Under the pieces are notes generated by a model. That model saw only the letters and a program-made list of their open reading frames with translations, was not told the DNA's origin and did no database searches. A DNA stretch of 31,138 nucleotides from a virus: UHGV virus genome UHGV-0171672, one strand, 5' to 3'. Both the position numbers and the translations under genes were made by a program. How positions within the stretch are numbered: position 1 is the first letter of the stretch; each line of letters opens with the position of its first letter. Of this stretch, positions 15,800 to 23,713 are shown in pieces.

Positions 15800-16843
15800 T
15801 CAGCTGGCACCATCCTGAAGCAGCGAATAGGGATTAAAGCGCATCACTTCAACCCCAAGCCATTCATTGACATGCTTCATCGCTTCCATGACCGGTTGCA
15901 ACTCGTTGATGAAAAATACCCTCGCCGCCTTCTCAACGTCACCGAACGCCGCGTTCCCGTCAGGCATTGCCCCCATCAGCTGAGGCGGTACACGGTGAGC
16001 CGCAAGGATATCGTCGCGGGTACCCCCCTTGATGTTAAGGAATTCGTCCTTCGCGGTGATTTGCTGGAACGGCAGTATTTGCACACCATCCTTGCCGCCA
16101 CCTGGCGCGTGCAGAAGGATATTGCGGAACGCCCCCTTGCCACGGGATTCCGTGAGTGTTTTCTTGATGGCTTCCACGCTTTCAGCGTTTGCCTGGGCGG
16201 CACCAACATAGACAATGCACCCGGCATGTGAACCGTTGTCATAGTAGAGCTTGCGGAACGTATCCGCTGAGTTCGACAGACTCACCGACAGCAACCCACC
16301 GATATACTCCGGCATCCCGTAGATTTCCTGGTTGATATCGGGGTTCAGAACGTGGCACACAGCCCCCTTACGGAAAGCAAATTCAGAACCATCATCATTG
16401 AGGTACCAGTACGTATCGAGATCACTGCCCCGCCGCGTGTATTTCGCCAGCGCAGGACGAAGCGCAATGGGTTCACCGAACTTGTTGCGGCGGACTTCAA
16501 GATAGGCATTACCGAACACGAACCAGTCCAGCGCAAACGCGGAAAACGCCTGGCGGGACAGTAGCGGATGAGGAACAAAGCAGCCGTTCAGGGCATTACG
16601 CTTAAAATACAGGGCCGACTGGTGCCATGATGCACGACGCGAGGCGCGAGCAATGGCATTCCAGTCCATGGGGGTGTCATAGTAGCGGCCATTATCGGCG
16701 CACGACATGTTATCAAGCAGATCAAGACGGCTTGCTTCATAAGGACCGTCAAACGTGAAAGCACTGAGTGACGGCGCTGATTTCAGTGCATCAGCCAGTG
16801 AGCCCGTGCCGCGCTTTCCGGTGTATTTTTTACGTTTACTCAT
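15800..16843 (-). CDS. Q: Portal protein (P2 gpQ-like)
   Basis: 347 aa at the P2 Q position; sequence recognisable as P2-family portal; 5-nt gap after P. Confidence 0.9.
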   Translation of the reverse strand: MSKRKKYTGKRGTGSLADALKSAPSLSAFTFDGPYEASRLDLLDNMSCADNGRYYDTPMDWNAIARASRRASWHQSALYFKRNALNGCFVPHPLLSRQAFSAFALDWFVFGNAYLEVRRNKFGEPIALRPALAKYTRRGSDLDTYWYLNDDGSEFAFRKGAVCHVLNPDINQEIYGMPEYIGGLLSVSLSNSADTFRKLYYDNGSHAGCIVYVGAAQANAESVEAIKKTLTESRGKGAFRNILLHAPGGGKDGVQILPFQQITAKDEFLNIKGGTRDDILAAHRVPPQLMGAMPDGNAAFGDVEKAARVFFINELQPVMEAMKHVNEWLGVEVMRFNPYSLLQDGAS

Positions 16844-16848
16844 TGTGT

Positions 16849-18582
16849 TCAGAACTCCATTGCAAAGCCACGATTATCCTCACGCTCTGCGCCGATTGGC
16901 TCATTGATAACAGCAAGCATGGTTGCCCAGGCGAGATCACCATGACTGACACCGCGTGAGCGGTCAGTGTCATAGGTGATATAGCCGCCGGGCGTCTGTA
17001 TTTTTCGCACCGATGCAAAGGCCTGTACCAGGTCGCGCTCGCTGCGGTCATACTCCCAGCGTCCGGCACGGACCACCTGAAGCATCTTCATGACCAGCGC
17101 CCGCTTTGAAGCGATATTAAAGTTATACGGAACAGCCAGGGGGAAGAATTTTTTCACTATCTGATAAACCCCTTCCCCGTTCCCGCCGGTGACATCAATC
17201 CCGATATGCTTCACATTGTATTTTTGGGTGTACTCCTCAATCAGGGCCGCCTGCTGTTCAAACTCCATGCCCTGAACCCTGACGGTTTCCACCGTACGAA
17301 AACGCCCACCGGCAACAAGGGGTGGCACGCACACCGACAGCGCCCCGCAGTCCCCCTTCCCGCTGCTGCCGTTGGCGTCATACCCGAGCCAGACTTCCCT
17401 CACCCCCATAGGGCGGACAGCAAAAGGCTTCCAGTCCGGCCATTCGTCATAGCCATCAACACCGCACCCGACGAGCGTATTCAGACTGAAGGCTGCCTCA
17501 CCATCACGGACAAATTCGCACATGTACAGATTGCGAAATTCACTTTCTGTATTTTCGCCGCGAATATCATCAATACTGGTGAACTGCCATCCGTTAGCGA
17601 CAGCATCCTCAATGGTGACAATCTGCCGCCACGTTTTGTCGGGAAAGAGCACGCCCCTCTTCAGGTGAGCATGTGAAACATCAAACTCACTGCGTTTTGA
17701 GCGTGGCTGTTCGCTGTTCCAGCGGTCCCCCGTCCAGAACTGATACGCCTCATGCATTTCCCCCGACGGCGTCGAGAAGTAAGTGCGCGTAAGCCCTTCC
17801 AGGGTCGCCATTGCCCCGGCAACCTTCCTGAGGTTCACAAAGTTACTGACCCAGAAAAATTCGTCGAATTTAAGATGACCGGTATAGGACTGCGCGGTGG
17901 CAGCTGACGTACCGAGGAAGTGCAGCTCCGCGCCGTTGGACAGCACGATCTTGTCGCCCCCTTTCAGCTCAACATCCACTTCCAGCGCCGCCTGCTGAAT
18001 AAAATGCTTGAACTGATACGCCTGACGACGGGAGGCGGACAAAAATATCTGGTTGCGCTGATACCCGGCGGAGACGTCATCACGCAGTGCATCAAGGAGC
18101 GCCTCGCGCGCAAAATACCAGGTCGCACCAATCTGACGCGACTTCAGGATCATACGGTTGCGGTGGTGACGGTTTTCGTACCATTCACGTTGATGCCACG
18201 CCAGCGTCGGGAGGATTTTTTCACGAAGCGCGACAATCTGTTCTTCGGTGAAGTGATTTTTCAGTCTGCGTTTACGGGGCTTTTTACCGGAAACGGCCTG
18301 TTCTCCCTGACCGTCATTCAGTTTTTTCAGCTGGCGCGTGAGAAGGTCAATTTCCTTAAAATCGCTGCCGCTTTTCTCTGTTTTTGTGGTGAGCTGGATC
18401 AGGCGCGCATCAATGGACTGGGTGACCCGCTGGATCGGAGGTGTGGCATCCCACTCATCGCGTTTTTTCCATGAGTAAATCGTGTTCTGGCTGATCCCCA
18501 TCAGTTGCGAGATTTCCGCAGGTGTGTACCCTTGCCAGTAAAGTTGTCTTGCCCTTATGCGGACAAATGCATCCTGAATCAT
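16849..18582 (-). CDS. P: Terminase large (ATPase) subunit (P2 gpP-like)
   Basis: ATG at 18582 (MIQDAFVRIRARQLYWQGYTPAEIS...) preceded by AAGGGGG; the track start at 18627 is an upstream alternative. Confidence 0.9.
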   Translation of the reverse strand: MIQDAFVRIRARQLYWQGYTPAEISQLMGISQNTIYSWKKRDEWDATPPIQRVTQSIDARLIQLTTKTEKSGSDFKEIDLLTRQLKKLNDGQGEQAVSGKKPRKRRLKNHFTEEQIVALREKILPTLAWHQREWYENRHHRNRMILKSRQIGATWYFAREALLDALRDDVSAGYQRNQIFLSASRRQAYQFKHFIQQAALEVDVELKGGDKIVLSNGAELHFLGTSAATAQSYTGHLKFDEFFWVSNFVNLRKVAGAMATLEGLTRTYFSTPSGEMHEAYQFWTGDRWNSEQPRSKRSEFDVSHAHLKRGVLFPDKTWRQIVTIEDAVANGWQFTSIDDIRGENTESEFRNLYMCEFVRDGEAAFSLNTLVGCGVDGYDEWPDWKPFAVRPMGVREVWLGYDANGSSGKGDCGALSVCVPPLVAGGRFRTVETVRVQGMEFEQQAALIEEYTQKYNVKHIGIDVTGGNGEGVYQIVKKFFPLAVPYNFNIASKRALVMKMLQVVRAGRWEYDRSERDLVQAFASVRKIQTPGGYITYDTDRSRGVSHGDLAWATMLAVINEPIGAEREDNRGFAMEF

Positions 18583-18649
18583 TGACGCCCCCTTGCTGTT
18601 TGATCTCAAGAGTAAACGCCCGCGCATTCATCCAGGTATCCGGTGCCAT

Positions 18650-18667
18650 TGTCGCCACGCTCTTACA
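18650..18667. promoter_or_regulatory. TGT-N12-ACA dyad (Ogr/Delta-type late activator site) in the P/O divergent promoter region
   Basis: TGTcgccacgctcttACA, centred ~57 bp upstream of a plausible O transcription start. Confidence 0.5.
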
Positions 18668-18739
18668 ACATCGCCGCCTTGAGGCGCAGCCATCCCCTTA
18701 TCATCATGAAGAAAAGCAACCCACAGAAAGGGGATTTAC

Positions 18740-19576
18740 ATGGCAAGTAAAAACGCGCCAGTACGGAAAAAATTCCGCGTCGCCGTCTCGGGCACCACCA
18801 TCGACGGGCGTGAGATTTCGGGGCTGATGTTGCGTCAGGCCGCTGAGAATTACGACCCGGAAGTGTGGGGGTCACGGGTGAACGTGGAGCACATGCTTTC
18901 ACGTATGCCATCCAGTGAATTCAGTGCCGTGGGCGATGTGATTTCACTGTCCACCGAAGAAATCAGGGAAGGCAAACTGGCCGGCCGCACCGCACTGTAT
19001 GCCGAAATTGAGCCCACCGACCGCATGACGCAGATGCTGAATGATGGCAAGAAAATCTACTCAAGCATTGAGCTTGAACCCAACATTGATGCCGTTGGCG
19101 GCCCTTACGTAATTGGCCTGGCAATGACCGATACCCCGGCAAGTCTCGGCACTGAACGACTGAAGTTTGCCGCCCAGCAGCGCGCCAGCATCATGCAGTT
19201 CAACAGCCGCAGCGGTGAGCCAGTCATGTTCACCGAATGTATGGAAGCGGAACTCGCGGCCTCCGTACAGGACAGCACCGAAGAAAGCCAGAAATGGTTT
19301 TCGCGCGTCATGGCGCTCATCAGCAAAACCCGTGACACGGACAGCGAGCAGTTCGCTCACGTGCGCGAAGCCGTCGAGAGCATTGCCACGGAACAGGCCG
19401 GCCTTCTGGATCGCTTCCATGCGATGGAAGAGCAACAGCGCAGTGATAAGGCATCAATGGAAGCCCTGACCCGCGAACTGACTGAACTGAAGGCGCAGCT
19501 GAAAACCGAAGACGCAGACAAGGAACAGCGCTTTGCTTCAACCGGTGGCAACAGCCACGCCCTGGCTGATTTTTAA
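18740..19576 (+). CDS. O: Capsid scaffolding protein (P2 gpO-like)
   Basis: N-terminal KFRVAVSGTTIDGREIS resembles P2 O; SD AAAGGGGA. Confidence 0.85.
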   Translation: MASKNAPVRKKFRVAVSGTTIDGREISGLMLRQAAENYDPEVWGSRVNVEHMLSRMPSSEFSAVGDVISLSTEEIREGKLAGRTALYAEIEPTDRMTQMLNDGKKIYSSIELEPNIDAVGGPYVIGLAMTDTPASLGTERLKFAAQQRASIMQFNSRSGEPVMFTECMEAELAASVQDSTEESQKWFSRVMALISKTRDTDSEQFAHVREAVESIATEQAGLLDRFHAMEEQQRSDKASMEALTRELTELKAQLKTEDADKEQRFASTGGNSHALADF

Positions 19577-19591
19577 CAGAGGAACAAAATC

Positions 19592-20686
19592 ATGGGAAAC
19601 CGCTTAACGCTTTCTCGCGAAGGCCGCAGCAATCTTGAGGCCTATCTTGCACGCCAGGCAGAACTGGCCGAAACCACCGTAGAACGACTGGGGAAAACCT
19701 TCAGCGTTGATCCGGCTGTTCATCAGAAGATGGAAAACGCCATCAAAGAGAGCGACGAGCTGCTGAAAAGAATCAACAGCATCGGCGTTGACGATCAGGA
19801 GGGTGAAAAAGTCCTGGTGAATACCAGCGGCCCCATCGCCAGCACCAACTCAACCAGTGACGGCGTGAAGCGACGCAATCCCGCTGACGTCTCTGATCTG
19901 GCATCGCGTCGTTATCGCTGCGAACAGGTGAACTACGACACTTTCATCAGCTACGCACAGATTGACGCGTGGAGCAACCAGAAAAACTTCCAGCAACTGC
20001 TGAGTGCACAAATCACCCGACAGATTGCACTGGACCGTATCATGATTGGCTTTAACGGTGAGTCGCACGCCATCATCTCCGATCGTTCTGCCAACCCGAA
20101 ACTTCAGGACGTTAACACCGGGTGGCTGAAACACATCCGTGAACACGCCACGACGCGTGTCGTGAAGGCAATGACGCTGACCCGTCGCGATCATGAAAAC
20201 AAACTGGTTGCAAAAGGTGACTACGGCAACGCTGACGCGATGGTTAACGACATTCGTTCTTCCGTACTGGATGAGTGGCACAAGGACGCCCCGGATCTGG
20301 TTGTTGTCATGGGCCGCAACCTGTTCAACACGCTGCGTCTGCCTATGATTAACGCCATCAGCACCACCAACCCGAACACGGAGCTGGTCGCCGGACAGCT
20401 GATTACAGCCTCCCGCACCATTGGCGCGCTGCCGACCTTCTTTGCGCCGTACTTCCCGGACGATGCCATGCTGATCACGTCGTTCAGCAACCTTTCGGTG
20501 TACTTCCAGAAAGGGTCACTGCGTCGCTTCATCCGTGAAGAGCCGGAGTACAACCGTATCGCCACCTACCAGTCCATGAACGACTGCTACGTGGTGGAAG
20601 ACTACGGCAAGTGCGCACTGATTGAGGGCATTTCTTTCGCCGGTGAAGATCCGGAAGACAAGAAAGAGGCAGAAGCACAGGCGTAA
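19592..20686 (+). CDS. N: Major capsid protein (P2 gpN-like)
   Basis: Conserved blocks such as IMIGFNGESHAIISDRSANPKLQDV and PDLVVVMGRNL match P2 N. Confidence 0.9.
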   Translation: MGNRLTLSREGRSNLEAYLARQAELAETTVERLGKTFSVDPAVHQKMENAIKESDELLKRINSIGVDDQEGEKVLVNTSGPIASTNSTSDGVKRRNPADVSDLASRRYRCEQVNYDTFISYAQIDAWSNQKNFQQLLSAQITRQIALDRIMIGFNGESHAIISDRSANPKLQDVNTGWLKHIREHATTRVVKAMTLTRRDHENKLVAKGDYGNADAMVNDIRSSVLDEWHKDAPDLVVVMGRNLFNTLRLPMINAISTTNPNTELVAGQLITASRTIGALPTFFAPYFPDDAMLITSFSNLSVYFQKGSLRRFIREEPEYNRIATYQSMNDCYVVEDYGKCALIEGISFAGEDPEDKKEAEAQA

Positions 20687-20694
20687 CGCATCAT

Positions 20695-20714
20695 GGCGGG
20701 CACATGTGCCCGCC
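20695..20714. other. 20-bp perfect palindrome between N and M
   Basis: GGCGGGCACATGTGCCCGCC immediately after the N stop. Confidence 0.5.
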
Positions 20715-20735
20715 GGTTAATCAGGAGTCGAATAC

Positions 20736-21545
20736 ATGCTGACACCGGCACAACGATACCTTCAGCGCGCGATGGCGCATCATCGGGCTGATCCATTCAA
20801 TCGCGAAGAGCAGCGAACACGAACGGCACATGAACAGGTTCTTCACCAGTTACGCCTCGCACAGTTGCAGCTGAATGGCGTGCAGTCAAACATCGCGAAA
20901 GCGGAGCTGAAGAAGCACCTGATACCGAATTTTGAAGGCTGGATCGACGGCACACTGGCAGGCGACAGCGGACGCCAGGACGAAGTCATTACCACCATGA
21001 TGGTGTGGGCAATTGACTGCCGGGATTATCCGCTGGCACTGCGTATCGGTGAGTACGTCATTCGTCACCGGCTGGCACTGCCGGACAACTTCGGGCGCGA
21101 TTCGGCGACCGTGCTCACCGAAGAAATTGCCGAAGTTGTGCTGACAGAAGCCGCCACCAACAGCGAAACCGACTTATCCGGCTATATCCGTATGCTGGAC
21201 GAGCTGGATGCACTGGTTCACGACCAGGACATGCCGGATCAGGTTCGTGCAAAACTACATAAGGCGCGGGCATTTTCACGGCGCGCATCAGGCAGTACGG
21301 AAGACATGACTGTGTCACTTGGTCTGCTGCGTGAAGCCATGCGCATCAATCCGGCAGCGGGCGTGAAGCGTGAAATCGCCACGCTGGCCAGAAAGGTATC
21401 AAAGGTTCAGCCGGAACCGGAAAAACCGGCAGAAGAGAAAAGTAAATCGAAAGCAACATCAGGGCGCAAAAAGCCGACTACAAAAGCGACGGCCAGAAAA
21501 GCCACGAAAAAAACCGCCGCAAAACCGGCGCGCAAGGCGACCTGA
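20736..21545 (+). CDS. M: Terminase small subunit / endonuclease (P2 gpM-like)
   Basis: Matches the P2 M pattern, including the Lys/Arg/Ala/Thr-rich C-terminal tail. Confidence 0.85.
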   Translation: MLTPAQRYLQRAMAHHRADPFNREEQRTRTAHEQVLHQLRLAQLQLNGVQSNIAKAELKKHLIPNFEGWIDGTLAGDSGRQDEVITTMMVWAIDCRDYPLALRIGEYVIRHRLALPDNFGRDSATVLTEEIAEVVLTEAATNSETDLSGYIRMLDELDALVHDQDMPDQVRAKLHKARAFSRRASGSTEDMTVSLGLLREAMRINPAAGVKREIATLARKVSKVQPEPEKPAEEKSKSKATSGRKKPTTKATARKATKKTAAKPARKAT

Positions 21546-21577
21546 TAACACCGGACCCGACCTCGTCGGCAGGCGGC

Positions 21578-21624
21578 GCGACCGGTGATCTGATCGCTGA
21601 CTCCCGGTCATTTTCACCGGTCGC
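21578..21624. other. 11-bp inverted repeat pair in the M-L intergenic region
   Basis: GCGACCGGTGA (21578-21588) and TCACCGGTCGC (21614-21624). Confidence 0.35.
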
Positions 21625-21653
21625 CCACCGCCTGATCTACAGGAGAAGACATC

Positions 21654-22148
21654 ATGAGCATGGTAGCCAGACCCCGTGTGAACGACGCCACGGATGACAC
21701 GACAGACACCGACGACGGAGAAGCGCGCATCAGTACAGACGCGTTCTGGCCGGATATCGTGCTGAAAGAGCTGCGCCTTGCCATGCGCATTCCCGGGCGC
21801 ACCACCACCTCACGTCTGCTGCATTCGGCCACCGAAGCTGTGGCACATGTAACGGCAGAGCTTGACGCCTGGAAACAGAAACAGGAGGCGGCGGGACGGT
21901 CGACACTGGCGGACGTTCCGGCAGCACACATCAACGGTGAGAGCGTGAACGTGCACCGGTATCGACGCGCGGTGTATGCACTGACCCGCGCGGGCGTTCT
22001 TGAGCGTTCGCGGGATGTGGACACCACCGACAAAGGTGATCGCCGGGCCGATGCGCTGGACATGCAGATTGAAGATATGTGGCGCGATGCACGCTGGGCA
22101 ATATCCGATATTCGCGGCGTCAGACGGATTTATGCGGAGCTGATTTAA
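21654..22148 (+). CDS. L: Head completion/stabilisation protein (P2 gpL-like)
   Basis: Position after M; SD AGGAG; 164 aa. Confidence 0.85.
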   Translation: MSMVARPRVNDATDDTTDTDDGEARISTDAFWPDIVLKELRLAMRIPGRTTTSRLLHSATEAVAHVTAELDAWKQKQEAAGRSTLADVPAAHINGESVNVHRYRRAVYALTRAGVLERSRDVDTTDKGDRRADALDMQIEDMWRDARWAISDIRGVRRIYAELI

Positions 22149-22348
22149 TGAAGGTAACCGCGCATGACGGCGACACCGTTGACTTACTCTGCCAGCGTCA
22201 TTACGGCATGACAAAGGGCGTGACAGAGCACGTTCTGGCTGCCAATCCGGGGCTGAGTAACACGGTATTCCTCACTGCCGGGCAGGAAGTTGAATTACCG
22301 GAAATCACACAGGAAAAACAGCGCGAAACCGTTCAGTTGTGGGATTGA
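22148..22348 (+). CDS. X: Tail protein X (P2 gpX-like)
   Basis: MKVTAHDGDTVDLLCQRHYGMTKGVTEHVLAANPGL...VELPE parallels P2 X; TAATG overlap with L. Confidence 0.8.
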   Translation: MKVTAHDGDTVDLLCQRHYGMTKGVTEHVLAANPGLSNTVFLTAGQEVELPEITQEKQRETVQLWD

Positions 22349-22350
22349 TT

Positions 22351-22641
22351 ATGTTTCAGAGAATTTACGACCACATTACGTTTTTCACATCCGTCATGGT
22401 CACCGGTATAGGGGTTATGACGCTGAGCGAGAAGATGGCGCTGGCAGGACTGATTCTGGGGGCGCTTTCACTGCTGCGCGGATGGATGCACAGAACACGT
22501 ATGGAGCAGGCACAGGAGCGGCGCAATGAGCTTATTGCACGCATTGCCGACCAGATGCAGCACCGACCACTAAAAGGCAGCGAGAAGCGCGCTCTGGAAG
22601 CCCTGAATGCAGACGGGGAATCACATGCCAGGACAGATTAA
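22351..22641 (+). CDS. Holin (two-TM, pinholin-like)
   Basis: ATG at 22351 right after the X stop; two hydrophobic helices; sits directly upstream of a SAR endolysin. Confidence 0.65.
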   Translation: MFQRIYDHITFFTSVMVTGIGVMTLSEKMALAGLILGALSLLRGWMHRTRMEQAQERRNELIARIADQMQHRPLKGSEKRALEALNADGESHARTD

Positions 22642-23164
22642 ACGCTATGCCGTTGCCGCCATCGTGGCGCTGGGTTTTTCGCTGGCCCCCGGGGAGCTGA
22701 GAACCTCACAGGAGGCACAGGAAAAAATTGCCACCTGGGAAGAGTGTCGGGCATTCCCGTACAGGGATATCGCTGGCGTGAAAACAGTGGGTTGTGGCTC
22801 AACGGGAAACGTCCCCGACCGCCACCATACCAAACAGGAAGTTGCCGGTCGATGGGTGAACGATTTACGACGGGCGGAGAACTGCATCAATCAGAATTTC
22901 AATGGCCGCAACATGCCACAGCGCCACTTTGAGGCAATGACGGATGCTGCCTTTAATCTGGGGTGCAAAGGCCTGATGTGGTTTAAGGGGCGTGACGGGA
23001 GGATGCACAGAACAACCATCTGGAAGTTCGCTCAGGGAAAGAACTGGAGCGCAATGTGCGGCAGGCTGACGGATTTTGTGAACAGCGGCGGACGCTATTC
23101 ACAGGGGCTGTTTAACCGGCGCAATGACTTCAGGAACTGGTGTATGAACGGAGTGAAGCAATGA
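22607..23164 (+). CDS. SAR endolysin, T4-lysozyme-like (GH24) muramidase
   Basis: N-terminal weakly hydrophobic Gly/Ala-rich YAVAAIVALGFSLAPG; catalytic E-8-D-5-T spacing in EECRAFPYRDIAGVKT. Alternative start ATG 22625. Confidence 0.85.
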   Translation: MQTGNHMPGQIKRYAVAAIVALGFSLAPGELRTSQEAQEKIATWEECRAFPYRDIAGVKTVGCGSTGNVPDRHHTKQEVAGRWVNDLRRAENCINQNFNGRNMPQRHFEAMTDAAFNLGCKGLMWFKGRDGRMHRTTIWKFAQGKNWSAMCGRLTDFVNSGGRYSQGLFNRRNDFRNWCMNGVKQ

Positions 23165-23595
23165 AAACACCTGCCGTGTTGCTCTGGTTTCTTGCCACCC
23201 TGTTGCTTTGTGGCCTGACAGGCTGGGAAGCATACCGCAAAGGGAAGGAAAGTCTCGGACGGGAACAGATGATGGACATCATAGAGGACAACCGCGCCGC
23301 CATGCAGGAAGTTCGCCATGCATACACAGACTTTTCCAGGGTGATAAACGTGATCCGCATTCTGGACCAGCAACGGATCACAGAAGGAGAGCAACGACGT
23401 GAAGAAATGCAAAAAGCCGTGCAGGGCGACACGTGTGCCAGCGCTTATCCTCCCGCTGCTGTTACTGAGCGGTTGCAGCAACACGCCGCACACGTTGAAA
23501 ACCAGACTCGTTTACGAGCCGGTGCCGACAGTTCTGACAAGGCAGACCCCGGTTCCGGCACTGGAAATACCCGTGACATGGTACAGGGTGACTGA
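23161..23595 (+). CDS. i-spanin (LysB/Rz-like)
   Basis: ATGA overlap with the endolysin; N-terminal TM helix then charged, coiled-coil-like periplasmic region. Confidence 0.7.
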   Translation: MKTPAVLLWFLATLLLCGLTGWEAYRKGKESLGREQMMDIIEDNRAAMQEVRHAYTDFSRVINVIRILDQQRITEGEQRREEMQKAVQGDTCASAYPPAAVTERLQQHAAHVENQTRLRAGADSSDKADPGSGTGNTRDMVQGD

Positions 23596-23710
23596 ATGGA
23601 GCGATCGGCTACTGGAAGCACTCGACACATGCAACGCAGACAAGGCTGCGATCGCCTGGCTGGATAAACAAAGAGCAGAACGGGCGCAAGATGCGCCCCA
23701 TCAGGAGTAA
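23399..23710 (+). CDS. o-spanin lipoprotein (LysC/Rz1-like), overlapped architecture
   Basis: GTG start after AAGGAGA; signal peptide with lipobox LLSGC; begins inside the i-spanin gene in another frame and extends beyond it. Confidence 0.7.
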   Translation: MKKCKKPCRATRVPALILPLLLLSGCSNTPHTLKTRLVYEPVPTVLTRQTPVPALEIPVTWYRVTEWSDRLLEALDTCNADKAAIAWLDKQRAERAQDAPHQE

Positions 23711-23713
23711 ACG

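Noticed and set aside
15392-16231. Short ORFs across the cos-like region and 3' end of Q
   Set aside because: They overlap the promoter-like repeat, cos-like sequence and hairpins, or are antisense to the portal gene; no RBS.
17206-18474. Plus-strand ORFs of 156 and 184 aa
   Set aside because: Antisense to the large terminase gene, whose product is recognisable.
19061-20565. Several minus-strand ORFs of 64-143 aa
   Set aside because: Antisense to the scaffold and major capsid genes.
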